Shown piece after piece: positions 12,340 to 24,719 of a stretch of 64,000 nucleotides of DNA. The translations under genes and the position numbers were made by a program. Each line of letters begins with the position of its first letter. Position 1 is the stretch's first letter. Below the pieces are notes generated by a model. That model was not told the origin of the DNA and ran no database searches. It saw only the letters and a program-made list of their open reading frames with translations. The stretch comes from Octopus sinensis (Eukaryota), in NCBI RefSeq assembly GCF_006345805.1, contig NC_043007.1, positions 75,516,001 to 75,580,000 on the forward strand, read 5' to 3'.

Positions 12340-13920
12340 CTCACAAGGAGTTGAAATCTAAGATGTTACTTCATAGCACAAAAGGAAAAGGAGTAAGCTA
12401 CTATGTTAAAATGTTTCCTGTAAACTGATCAAGTTGCCAAAAGTAGTTTCCATTATGACTGATGGCACCCTTAATATGATAGTTTGAAATGTTGAGTTTG
12501 TAAAGTAATTTACAGAAACTGTTTGTTTTCCCACCCTTTCTTTCTTTTATATTATATATCAGGAAATACTGTACATAAAAGCTGGATTCAAAAATTTCAA
12601 TATTGAAATGAAAGTTATGACAAAGATAATCAATTTGATAGCAGTTACAGCTTTTGAATAAAGCAAAATTTAATAAATTTTCTTTAATGAATATGAGTTA
12701 AAAATAGTTTATTAATGTCCAATTATGTAAATGGCTATTGTGGTCAAGTATTTTGGCATAAAACTGGATATAATTTTTTTTTTTCATCGATGCACAATGG
12801 TTATCGTGATCAAGTATTTAGGTGGTTTGTTGGATATTTTAGTCATTTTTCTCATTTAAATTATTAAAGCACTAACTGATGGTGGCCATTGCCAGCTTCC
12901 CCTGGCACCTGTGCCAGTGGCACGTAAAAAGCACCCACTACACTCATGGAGTGGTTGGCGTTATGAAGGGCATCCTGCTGTAGAAACACTGCCAGATCAG
13001 ACTGGAGCCTGGTGCAGCCTCCTGGCTTCCCAGACCACGGTCGAACCGTCCAATCCGTACTAGCACAGAAATGGATGTTAAACAAAGATGATGATGATGA
13101 TGATGATGATGGTGATGATGATGCTTTATAAACTAGTATTTTTCATAAACATTTCATTGTATATGAATGAACTAAATATTAAACTGCAAGGTTTTGTGAA
13201 ATCTGTTGCTGAGACATTTGGCTTGATCAAGAGCTTACAGAACAAACTTAACATATTTCATAACAGCTTAAAAAGAAAACATTTTAAGTACTTCCTAAGT
13301 ACAAAGAAATTCTATGAAGAAACCAGATGAAAGAATCTTGAACTACATGCAAAAAAATTTATAGAAATTTTAAGGACATTAATTGAGCAATTTTCTTAGA
13401 TTTGCACAATTCAGGAAGTTCATCATCATCATTATTTAAAGTTCGCTTTCCTGCTGGCATGGGTTGGATGGTTTGGTTGACAGGAGTCCCAATTGTGTGT
13501 TTTGCCAAGGTTTCTATGGCTGGATGCCCTTCTTAGTTCCAGTCACTTTACAGAGGGTACTGGATGCTTTTTATGTGGCACCAGCACAGGTGCTTTTAAT
13601 GTGGAACAAGCATGGGTGCTTTTTACATGGCACCAACATAGTTACTTCCTACATGGCACCAGCATGGATGCTTTCTACATGGCACCAGCACAGGTGTTTT
13701 TTTTATATGGAACTAGTATGAGAGACAACAATAGGGTTTATAAAATATCTTGTTGAAGCAGATTTCATAGATGTGCAATTGGATGCATTTGCTCAGCTGA
13801 AGTCAAAAAAGAAAGATTCATGACACTTGGAGCCGATTTAGAAGAAATGGAAAATGAATGCATGATTGTGTAATTGTGGATAAACATACAGATTGTAAAC
13901 TTCTTAGAAAAAATTGCTGG
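12340..13920 (+). pseudogene. Decayed hAT transposase (GTF2IRD2/SPIN-like) interrupted by RTE fragments
   Basis: 'VVSIMTDGTLNM' and 'LVFFINISLYMNELNIKLQG...ETFGLIKSLQNKLNIF' match the hAT catalytic and helical regions. Confidence 0.7.
12877..13122 (+). mobile_element. RTE LINE 3' UTR fragment with (GAT)n tail
   Basis: GAAGGGCATCCTGCTGTAGAAAC... and a (GAT)n tail; homologous to 26689-27417. Confidence 0.85.
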
Positions 13921-14182
13921 TGGTCTTTTAACTTATACTTGTTTCAGTCATTGGACTGCAGCTTTGAAGGGTTTTTAATCAAGCAAAGCAACCCTTGTGC
14001 TTATTTATCTAAAGTCTGGAACTTTTCATTCGGTCTCTTTTACTGAATCACTAAGGACAGGAATATAAACAAACCAACATTTGTTGGCAAGCAATGGTGG
14101 TGGACATACATAAACACACAAATACACACACATACATACATGCATACACACATGTATTTGTAAGCATGTGTGTATATATATA

Positions 14183-14222
<40 letters not shown>

Positions 14223-14240
14223 CAGTATATGTATTTGTGT

Positions 14241-14286
<46 letters not shown>

Positions 14287-14289
14287 TAT

Positions 14290-14840
14290 GTCAGGTCACT
14301 TTCGAGTGCTACTGGTAACATGTAACCCAGTACAACCTGTTGCATGGTCGGGTCGTCGGCAACTAAACCGGCAACCCCAGCTTGCTTGGTGAGGAGGGTG
14401 TTTATTGGACACCCTGCGGGATGAAAAACAAAACCCGTCAAAGGGCAGAGGAACTCTTGAGAGTCAACGGCCATCCAATAAATGTCTTAAGGCTGTATTA
14501 TCTGCGGGGACATAGAAATAATCGGACTGAATACCCGATCGTGTGGTTAAACCATTGGGAGTGAAGGACTCCTAGCCTTTGTTAGGGCATCCTTTTAGGA
14601 GAAGGTAACTCAGGTAACTGGGATAACTTTGACATAAAACCTGCGGCTCAGTGGTTACCGATAATGTTGACTTGTTCTTCTTTTCGGATTTTGGCTGCTG
14701 TTGCTTAGTGAGTGGGATTGACTCAGTGCACAGCCTTTCCTCACTTTAAAAAAAATCTTCTTGCACAGGCATTGCATGATAACAACATTGATTAAGCTTC
14801 GTGCAATGGCCATACTCAATAAAGAGGGGGCAGCCACCAT
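14290..14840 (+). mobile_element. Probable bipartite non-autonomous RTE derivative (5' segment joined to an RTE 3' end)
   Basis: The 3' about 50 bp (TTAAGCTTCGTGCAATGGCCATACTC...GAGGGGGCAGCCA) match the 3' end of the LINE at 33565-33945. No long ORF. Flanked by TA-rich repeats. Confidence 0.55.
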
Positions 14841-14989
14841 ATATACATACACTATATGTATTTGTGTGTGTATATATATATAGGAAATAGTGGCACAGCA
14901 AGGAACCAATTTTTGCTGGAGGTAGCAGTCAATAACCATTTGAAACTAGGTAAAGCTTCATTGAATGTATAGAGGCAAAGGTGTGTGTG

Positions 14990-15903
14990 GGAATTTCATA
15001 AAATATATCTGCCAACTATAGACGGTGTTCCTGTTGTTTTTGACCCCAGGAAGACATTTCCTCCAGCTGGCCTATGACACACAGTTTGTGTCTGATTAGT
15101 ATTTGCGAGAGAGGTCATCACTCCCATTTCTAGCCTTATGTGATACACACAGACCCAGGTTTCTGAGTGGTTACCTGTCTTCAGTGTGTGTTAATCACTG
15201 GCTGGTGATGAAGAACTCATTCCACTCATGGAATACTATATCCTTTTTCTAGTGACACACTGTTGCTGATTTCATAAAGAGGGAGATAAGTTATATTAAA
15301 TCTCTGAGCGAGAGTTAAACAGTAAGAGTACAGAATCGTAAAATATATATGCCAACTAAATGTGGAAATCCTATAGAAGATGGTGTTACTGTTGTTTTTA
15401 GCCTCAGGAAGACATCTCCTCCAGCTGGCCAACAGCACCCAGTCTGTGTCCGATTAGTATTTGTGAAGGAGGTCATCGTTCCCATCTCTAGCCTTGGCAA
15501 ATATATTTTATGATTCCATACTGTTACTGTTTATCTGTTGCTCAGAGATTTAATATAACTTATCTCTCACTTTACAAAATCAGCAACTGTGTGTTGCTAG
15601 AAAAGGGATATAGCATTTCACGAGTGGAATGAACTCTTCATCACCAGCCAGTGACTAACACACACTGAAGACGAGTCTGTGTATACCACATAAGGCTAGA
15701 GATGGAAGCAATGACCTTCCTTGCAAATACTAATCGAACACAAACTGTGTGTTGTTGGAAGCTGCAGATGTCTTTCTGGGGCTAAAAACAACAGTAACAC
15801 CATCCTATATAGAACCACCACATTTAGTTTGCCAATATATTTTACAATTCTGTACAGCTACTGCTTATATCTCACTCATAGATTTAATATAACTTATCTC
15901 TCT
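14990..15903. repeat. About 350-bp unit arranged as 1.4 direct copies followed by about 1.15 inverted copies
   Basis: 'ggtgttcctgttgtttttgaccccaggaagacat' at about 15025 repeats at about 15381. 15496-15903 is the reverse complement of the same unit. Confidence 0.85.
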
Positions 15904-18900
15904 ATATATATATGTGTGTATCTATCTGTCTGTCTGTCTGTCTATCTATATCTATATATATATATATATATATGTATGTACACATATATGTATACATACA
16001 TGTGCATGTACACACATACACGCACATATATTTACACACATATATGCATATAATTAGAAGAGAAAATGGGATTTAAAAATCCTGCAAATCAATAAAGCAC
16101 TCAATATTAAAAGAATGGTTATAAATGATAGGCTTTTTGCAGTTTCCATTTACCAAATTCACTAAGAAGGTTTTGGTCTAACTGGGATTATAGCAGAAGA
16201 TACCTGCCTCAAGTGCCATGGAATGGAACTAAACTGTGACTGAGAAGCAACCTTCTTACCTCATAACCACATTAAAATTCTTGCAAGTGATTTTGAAGCA
16301 TTTTCATACGAATGCATTCATGTGAAACATTATTTACAGCATAAAATTATATTTAAAAAATCTACAAGAGAAATAGAATTAGTGGTTAGTGTTAGGGTTA
16401 GGTGAGTTGAATGCTGTCTGTGTTGCATTTAAATATATAACTAAAGCCTTCTTATACATACTACACTATATTCCACCTACAAAGCAACTGCCTTCCCAAA
16501 CTCACCAACAAACATGTTATAAGATTTAAGACAACATTTAAAATTTTATTTTATTATCCTAACTTTATAAATATATTTTGAAATTTCAAGTCATGTTTTA
16601 TTAAAGTCAAAATTTTTTTTTAATATTTTCAAAACTAGGTCATTTATTTGTAGACATGTATTTGAAACTAGAATACATGTAAGTGATACTTCAATACAAG
16701 GATTGTGCAGAAAATTAAAGTTTAAACTTGCCGGTCTAAAAAATTTCATAATCACTGGTATAATATCTACAAAAACAGAAATCTAGTGTATCACATAATA
16801 CATTAGGTTGGGAAGAAAGTCCTGTTGCATATCAAGATGAGAGAGAAACAAATGCTTCTTTGTTCTTGTTTCATATATTTAATCATGATAATACTTCCTC
16901 TCATTAGGAATTCCAACCACATTTCTTGGTTTGCTCACTCAACAACTTTATAGGATCCAGTAGCTAAGGATGTCATCAGGAGGAACCACATCCAATTTTG
17001 GCCCCTACTCCTCTACCGTTTTCCAACATGGTGGGGACCCTATTTTCAGAGGTGTCTTCAGCTCTGGTTTTGAGAACGTTTTTTTGTTATTTTGTTGCAT
17101 TGTCTTCCATGCAGCGTCAATGAATGTCAGTGGGTGAATAACTACCCTGCCAAATTTCCCTTTAAATATGCTCCAGCAGCCAACACCAGCTAACTGTCAT
17201 GTAACACAATCTAAGCTTCAGCAGCCTGCGTCAACTTACTGTCATGTGATGCAGTCTACTGACCAATGGAAATGAAGGGTACGCAGTTTTCGCCCATGCA
17301 CTCTCTAGGCCTTCCAACAGAATCATATGAACTTCAGTTCCAGCAGCCAGAGCTGACTAGCTGTCTTGTGATACAAGCCATTGAATTATCGAGGAGGACG
17401 GTGTGAATGAATGAGATGGTTCCCTCAGTCCACCCATCATGCAGCAAAGTTGTTTAAGTGCCACCCAGCCTCACCAGGTGACACTATTTCCCAGTTGGCA
17501 TACTATGGCTTTGGAGCCATTTTGAGTCTTCTCGTTTCAGCCATATATAGAAGCTGTCTTTGTTGACTGCCTCTTGTATCCTCCTTATTACTTTTCTCAG
17601 TTCTGTGCTCGTAAATGCAAATCTTTTAAATAATGTTGCCATTTTCCTTTCAATGAAACCTCTAGCCCCTACTGCCAGGTGGTAATACTTGACAATCCAC
17701 CTCTGTTCCCTGCACTCTTTGATTAATTTCTCATAACTCCTTCTGAAAATGAACAATGAGAAAGGAAATGGACAATGAGAAAGGTAGATGAAGAATTCAG
17801 CTGCTGTGGAAAGATGTTTTCTAGTTTCATCAGGCTTAGAATTCCCCAAGGGAAGATGTGTCAGGAGAAAGTAATTCAACAGTGCAATGAGAAAGGAAGC
17901 AGTAAAGGAAAGGTAGATGAGAAATTCAACTGCTGCAAAAAGGTGTTTTCTAGTCACATTGGAATTCACCAGGGGAAAGTGTGTCAGAAGGAAGTGATTC
18001 AACAGCACAGGTTGAAAATCCAGAAGACATGTAGCCAGAACCTCCTGGAAGGAAGCCATAGCAAGGGTCATTCCATAGGTGAATCAGAACAGCCCGGAAA
18101 AGAGATAGGCATGAAGAGGCCAAAGATTAAGTGGGTGAAGGCAAATGAGGAGCTAGCTATAAGAAATTTGATGATGAGGTAACACGAATGACCACCAAAT
18201 TCAAAAGGGATGACAAACAAAATCTCAAAAACTTGGCTAACATAATCTCTTGGGGAAGAGAGAACAATATTTGGACATGAAACAGCAGGGACTAGAGAAT
18301 CATCAACAAAGGGCAGACCATCAACAAGAGAAAGACAGATTGCAAAGATACGAGATGAGAAGAAAAAAAACCAAGAATCAGATGGAGAGATGCAAAGGAG
18401 GAGAAAAGAGGAAGGCTAAAACAACTATATGAAGAGATAAAAAAGAGGCATCAAGACCAACTAAGGAAGGAAAGAAGGAAGAACAGAAGATAGGACAGAG
18501 AAAAGAACTAACATAGTTTTGTAAACAACCCATATCAGTATCCTAAACATCTGTTTACTGATAGTAAGAACAGAAGATTAAAATGCACTAAAGAAGAACT
18601 CAAACACCATCTTAAAGAGACATATAATGACGCTGATAGGAATAAAGTACTCCCAGAAATGCTCAGGCGAAAGAAACCACCTGAGCCAAGAGTACCATTT
18701 GATTTGAGTAATATCTGACGGAAAGAAATTGGTGAGTTCATTAGAAAAGCAAGAGCAGAGAGTTCGCCAGGGAATAACAAAGTTAGCTACAAGGTTTATA
18801 AGTATTGCCTGAAATTGCATTTATGACTATTTGCAGTGATAAGAGAAATGTGGAAGAAGAAAGACATAGCAGAGAGATAATGTATAGTTGATGGTATCTA

Positions 18901-18911
18901 TTTACCTAAAG

Positions 18912-19141
18912 GTGGCAGTCTGGCAGAAACGTTAGCATGCTGGGTGAAATGCTTAACGGTATTTCGTCTGCCGCTACGTTCTGAGTTCAAATTCCGCTGA
19001 GGTCGACTTTGCCTTTCATCCTTTTGGGGTTGATAAAATAAGTGCCAGCTACGCACTGGGGTCAATATAATTGACTTAATCCATTTGTCTGTCCTTATTT
19101 GTCCCCTCTGTGTTTAGCCTCTTGTGGGTAGTAAAGAAAAA
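18912..19141 (+). mobile_element. SINE family B inserted in the Hero RT
   Basis: 19-bp TSD GGTATCTATTTACCTAAAG at 18893-18911 and 19142-19160. Confidence 0.92.
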
Positions 19142-19227
19142 GGTATCTATTTACCTAAAGAGAGGGAGGCAAAAACACTAGGGCAATTCAGACCCATTTC
19201 ACTGCTAAATATGAATGAGAAGATAAT

Positions 19228-19363
19228 ATGAACTCAGAATGTAGCGGCAGACGAAATACCTATTTCTTTATTACCCACAAGGGGCTAAACATAGAGGGGA
19301 CAAACAAGGACAGACATAGGTATTAAGTCAATTTAAATCGACCCCAATGCGGAACTGGTACTT
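19228..19363 (-). mobile_element. Permuted SINE family B fragment inserted in the Hero RT
   Basis: TSD AAGATAAT at 19220-19227 and 19364-19371. The SINE 3' half is followed by internal head sequence. Confidence 0.8.
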
Positions 19364-20027
19364 AAGATAATGTTTGGAATTATTACCAGGAGAATCATAA
19401 GATTTGTACAACATAACGGATATGTTAATGAAGCACTCCAGAAGGTAGGGATCCCCAGAATCCCTGGATGCATAGAACATGCATTTGCTATCTGGAAAGC
19501 TATCAACAGTGCAAAACAAATAAAGAAAAAGCTGTACCTTGCATGACTAGATCTTGCCAATGCATATGGATCTGTTCCATGTGCACTAATTCAAGCAGCT
19601 ATGGATTTCTTTTGGATTCCAGATGTTCAACAAATGCTGATGCATTACTACACTAAATTGAGGATGAGATTTACGGCAGGAAAGTTCACAATGGAGTGGC
19701 AACAGCTAGAAGTAGGTATTGCAACTGGATGTACAATATCAGTCATCTTATTTGTGCTAGACATGGAGATGTTACTAAGATTAACAAACTGAGAAAGTTG
19801 TTACAAAGACATCATTAAGGGCTTTTATGGACGACATTACTGTATTGTCAGAAAATAGAGAAACAGCAGATGAAACGTTAGAGCAGTTGGATGAGCTAAT
19901 GGGATGGGTGAGAATGAAATTCAAAGCCAAGAAATTTTTATGTTACCAGAAAAAACAAACTTGTAACTCATTGGCAAAAATGTGTTGATTGTAATGGTGT
20001 TTACTTTGATGAATAAAATTTCCGCAT

Positions 20028-20457
20028 TACTCTTTACTCTTTTACTTGTTTCAGTCATTTGACTGTGACCATGCTGGAGCACCACTTTTTAGTCAAGCAA
20101 ATCGACTCCAGGACTTATTCTTTGTAAGCCTAGTACTTATTCTATCGGTCTCTGTTGCTGAACTTCTAAGTTACGGGAACGTAAACACACCAGCATCGGT
20201 TGTCAAGCGATGTTGGGGGGGGGGGGGACAAACACAGACGCACAAACATATACACATACTCATACACACACATATATATATACACATATATACGATGGGC
20301 TTCTTTCAGTTTTCATCCAACAAATCCACTCACAAGGCTTTGGTTGGCCCGAGGCTATAGTAGAAGACACTTGCCCAAGGTGCCACGCAATGGGACTGAA
20401 CCCAGAACCATGTAGTTCGTAAACAAGCTTCTTACCACACAGCCACGCCTACGCCTA
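20028..20457 (-). mobile_element. SINE family A, full length
   Basis: Matches 2797-3222. Confidence 0.9.
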
Positions 20458-21237
20458 TTGTTGAAATATATTGTGATGAATTTCATGTTTCAAAATGTTG
20501 CTTACTTTTTACACAGCCTGATAGATAGGTGAAGAACAATATGTATTTTATTTCCAGGCTGCTAACTGAAAATTGATGGAAAATTGACCACAGAAGGAAA
20601 ATAAAGAACAAAAGTGAACTGACAATATAACAAGAACATTAGAACAAAAATATAATCATCTGAATATCAAGAAGCTTTTTAAAATCACCAAATGTCAGAA
20701 TAATTAATAATGTATAGAAGCCTTTGTCCTTTTATTTTATCGACAACCTAAATCTCTAAAGTGTCAACACAAAAATAGTTTTAGTACATTTTATATTAAT
20801 GTCATTCTTCTGATATTCTGCATACTTGTCATGTGATTTACTCCCCCACCCTTCTCCCAGACAAGGAATATCCCAAAGTGGAAAGGGTTTGTGTTCTTGA
20901 ATGATTTACATACATACTGTGTCTCCTCTTTGCCTCTTCTATTGCTACTGCTAGACAGAACTGTTTTTCTGAGTTATTGTTACACTACCTCTACTCTCAA
21001 CCATCTAGCTCTCCCTGCTTTCATTGTCCTTACTGTGTCTCATTACTTAGATATCCACCAACCCCATACTATAACTCACTGCTAGCCCTTTTCTCTACAG
21101 ACATTATCAAGAAGCTGAAAATGAAACCCAACAACCTTATCAGTTTTTTGCAGGCCTGTAATTATCATGGACACTCACTCTTCTTTGACTATTTTATAAG
21201 AATAAAGATGTTAACTTAATAGATTTTAACTGAAAAT

Positions 21238-21466
21238 AAGGTAGTGAGCTGGCAGAAACATTAGCACGCTGGGTGAAATGCTTAGCAGTATTTTGTCTGC
21301 CGCTACATTCTGAGTTCAAATTCTGCCAAGGTCAACTTTGCCTTTCATCCTTTCGGGGTCGATTAAATAAGTACCAGTTATGCACTGGGGTCGATATAAT
21401 CGGCTTAATCAGTTTGTCTGGCCTTGTTTGTCATCTCTGTGTTTAGCCCCTTGTGGGTAGTAAAGA
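21238..21466 (+). mobile_element. SINE family B, full length
   Basis: 20-bp TSD AATAGATTTTAACTGAAAAT at 21218-21237 and 21467-21486. Confidence 0.92.
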
Positions 21467-22269
21467 AATAGATTTTAACTGAAAATTTTGGTAGTATATT
21501 CTGTTACATGTATATATACCCTTGGACTCAGAGATACTTCTCCCACATAGATTACAGATTCATGGATAAAAAGAATTCTATTCAACATTCTAAGACCTAA
21601 ATAATTGTTCCAAATTTAATACATACTAACCAGAGGCATTGGTGATTCTATGTGTACATGTGTGTGTGTGTGATCATCATTTAACAACCACTTTTCCATG
21701 CTTGCATAGGTCAGATGGAATTTGTAGAGGCAGGTTTTATATTTCCAGCCTTCACATATTCCAAAGTAAAGTAATATGATCAAACTTGTTTTCCTCTGAA
21801 GACTAGAAGCAAATAACCTCGTTTGTAGTTGTTGTTGTTGTTAAGTAACAAGACGGGTAAGGGTGATTAGGTGATGGTCTAGGGCTTAGGGGCAGGAGAC
21901 CCCAGACCTTGGAAAAAAAAAAAAAATTTTGTCGTCTTGTTGTAGTCGAGGGTTTTTCGTTGACACCCAACACCACTGGGAGGTGGCCCTCGAAGTCGCT
22001 GGAAATGGAGATCTCCAGGTCCAAATTCTTGAACGGCACCTTGTTTGTATGATGGTGATGCTCATTTACAACCACTACATGATGTCTACACAATGGTATG
22101 AGTACGCACACTCATATGACAGGCTTCTTTCAGTTTTTGTCTGTGAAATCTACTCACAAGGCTTTAGTCTGCTTGGAACTATAGTAGAAGACACTTGTCC
22201 AAGTTGCTGCACAATGGGACTGACCCCTGGGTCACATGGTTATGAAATCTTCTTAACCACACAACTATG

Positions 22270-22340
22270 CCTGCACCTGCCTGCCTGCCTGCCTACCTAC
22301 CTACCTACCTACCTATCTCTCTCTCTCTCTCTCTCTCTAT

Positions 22341-22435
<95 letters not shown>

Positions 22436-22440
22436 CCTGC
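22270..22440. repeat. Compound microsatellite (CCTG)n(CCTA)n(CT)n(TATC)n
   Basis: Directly visible. Confidence 0.95.
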
Positions 22441-22461
22441 ATATATTCCCTTCCATATTGG

Positions 22462-22544
22462 CTAACTCTGATGAGCATAAGGTTATATAATCGGAGTGTT
22501 ACCTAACACTCCGTTAGTATCCTTACGTGAAACCGACTAGTAAG
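22462..22544 (+). ncRNA. Degenerate type I hammerhead ribozyme motif
   Basis: ctaact-CTGATGA-gcataagg...ccttacgt-GAAA-ccgact-agtaag, with inner hairpin cggagtgtt/aacactccg. The cleavage triplet is mutated. Confidence 0.5.
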
Positions 22545-22859
22545 ATCAGCAGTGATGGATACATGAAGAACTTACTTTCAAAACCAGATGTATGCATTGA
22601 GATGACTTTTGAGTAACTGAGGAAAAAAACAACTTGAATATATTTGATTTTGATTGGAGGACTAAGATTTGCCTTCTGTCTATATGACATCTATCCCAGT
22701 TTGACTGAAAAAAAAAATTATGTGCATGAAGCTAGCAACTTGTAGATTGTGTTTAAATGGTTATCAGGAAATTGACTAAATATGCACTTATACTGGTTTT
22801 GAAAGTAAGCTCCTCATATAATACAATATATTTTGGATATATATATATATATATATATA

Positions 22860-23125
22860 TGTATGATATGATATAAATAATATATAAACATATACAGATA
22901 TACATACATATATGTACATACCTACATATGCATGTATATATATATACATGCATATATGGATACAGGACATAAAAAACGTAGAATGCAATGAGAAACGAAA
23001 ACATAAAAACAAAAACATAGAAAACGAACTTGTTTTAGAACAACGAAAAAAACAAACAGAGAAATGAGAAATGCAACAGAAAGAATACTCCCCTTCATCA
23101 GTTGTCCCTGTTTCATCTACTCCAC

Positions 23126-23130
<5 letters not shown>
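22860..23130. repeat. Interspersed repeat family E (second copy at 32080-32405), embedded in (TA)n
   Basis: Shared 'caatgagaaacgaaaacataaaaacaaaaacat...ccccttc.tcagttgtccctgtttcatctact'. Confidence 0.8.
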
Positions 23131-23175
<45 letters not shown>

Positions 23176-23449
23176 CACATACACATACAAAGCTATTCCA
23201 GAAATGGAGAGATGTGATGTACATATATATGCAAACTCTCACACTAACACAGATGTGCTTATCAATAGATAAAGGGAGAAATGTAATTTTTATCTGAGCC
23301 ATCTTGTGTGTGTGTGTGAAAGAGAGAGAGAGAGAGAAAGAGAGACAGTACATATGTATGCTTTTTTTTTTCTTTTTCTTTTCTTAATTTAGAGTTAATT
23401 TTGACTGGCCTCCTGCTTGATAACATGGTTGTGAAGGAAAACATCTTGC

Positions 23450-23868
23450 TTTACTCTACTCTTTACTCTTTTACTTGTTTCAGTCAGTTGACTGTGGCCA
23501 TGCTGGAGCACCACCTTTAGTCGAGGAAATCGACCCCAGGACTCATTCTTTGTAAGCCTAGTACTTATTCTATCGGTCTCTTTTGCCGAACCGCTAAGTT
23601 ACGGAGACGTAAACACACCAGCATTGGTTGTCAAGCGATGTTGAAGGGACAAACACAGACACACAAACATATACACACACACATACACATATATATATTC
23701 AAATATACGACGGGCTTCTTTCAGTTTCCGTCTACCAAATCCACTCACAAGGCTTTGGTCGGCCCGAGGCTATAGTAGAAGACATTTGCCCAAGGTGTCA
23801 CGCAGTGGGACTGAACCCGGAACCATGTGATTCGTAAGCAAACTACTTACCACACAGCCACTCCTACA
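23450..23868 (-). mobile_element. SINE family A, full length
   Basis: Matches 2797-3222. Confidence 0.9.
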
Positions 23869-24093
23869 CTTTATTCATTATCCTTTAACTTTTAAGAAGC
23901 ACTTGCAGATTTTTAACAAATTATGTAGGATGTGCTTGAGTTGAGTAGCTTCAAGAAGATTTCCGGAATGAAAAGTGGAACCCAGAATAAAGAGCTATGG
24001 ACTTAGATGAAGCTAGAGAGAATGAGGTTGAGAGGAAAGCATGAAAGAGCAGTGGCCCAGGTCATAGCAAAAAGAAAAGAAAACTGAGTGGAA

Positions 24094-24124
<31 letters not shown>

Positions 24125-24719
24125 ATATATGTATATAAATTGGAGAAGAACTATGTTTTATCAATTCAACAATGAAATAACAATGATATAGTCAAATTAT
24201 ACCATATAGAAAAAAATTAAATATATGATAAAAACATATACCAACAATTAAGTAAAGTACAAAATGATAAATAAAAAGTATATAATTGGTAAAAAGGACT
24301 ACACGTGTTTCGTGGCTATATTTTCATATAGCCATGAAATATAATATGAAATATATAATATGAAATATTATATATTTCATATTATATATATTATATATAT
24401 TATATATATTATATATATTATATATTTAAATATATAATATGAAATATACAATATGAATATAATATGAAAATATATTTTCATATATTTTCATATTATATAT
24501 ATGTTTTAATCATTGTAATTCTGCATAAATATATTATTTCAAACACAATATTTACATTATTTAGAAGATCAACATGTTTTTTTTTTACTTCTTAAAATAT
24601 CATTTCTGTTTCAATAACTCATTGTAAAAGGAATAAACAAAAAGATATTGCAGCTGTAACAACAATGTACTTGATATCTTTCTAATGCATATAAAATGAA
24701 TATTAAACTTATATAATAT

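Larger units (their letters stand above)
16900..19937. mobile_element. Hero-type (RLE) non-LTR retrotransposon: 3' end on minus strand, N-terminal and RT part on plus strand
   Basis: Minus 17484-17745: 'YEKLIKECREQRW...AVGARGF...SFYIWLKR' (RLE C-terminus). Plus 17750-19937: two 'CCGK...IHQGKxC' Zn fingers, 'SPGNN', 'QFRPISLLN', 'PGCIEH', 'LDLANAYGSVP', 'GIATGCTISVILF', 'FMDDIT', 'RMKFKAKK'. Confidence 0.85.

Noticed and set aside
11869-12344. Long ORFs rich in CV, HT or IY dipeptides (also at 14.1, 22.3, 45.8, 51.2 and 52.2 kb)
   Set aside because: They are translations of (CA)n, (TA)n and (TATC)n microsatellites, not proteins.
13088-13330. Poly-Met ORF (and the poly-Ser end of ORF 25153-25563)
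   Set aside because: The homopolymers come from RTE (GAT)n tails fused to unrelated transposon frames.
16965-16995. CTGATGA in the Hero 3' UTR as a hammerhead
   Set aside because: It lies in a simple GGATGT/ACATCC stem-loop with no correctly placed GAAA or stem III.
23427-23445. 19-bp exact match (GGTTGTGAAGGAAAACATC) to the reverse complement of about 1962-1980
   Set aside because: Similarity does not extend on either side; it cannot be distinguished from chance or an unrecognisable old repeat.
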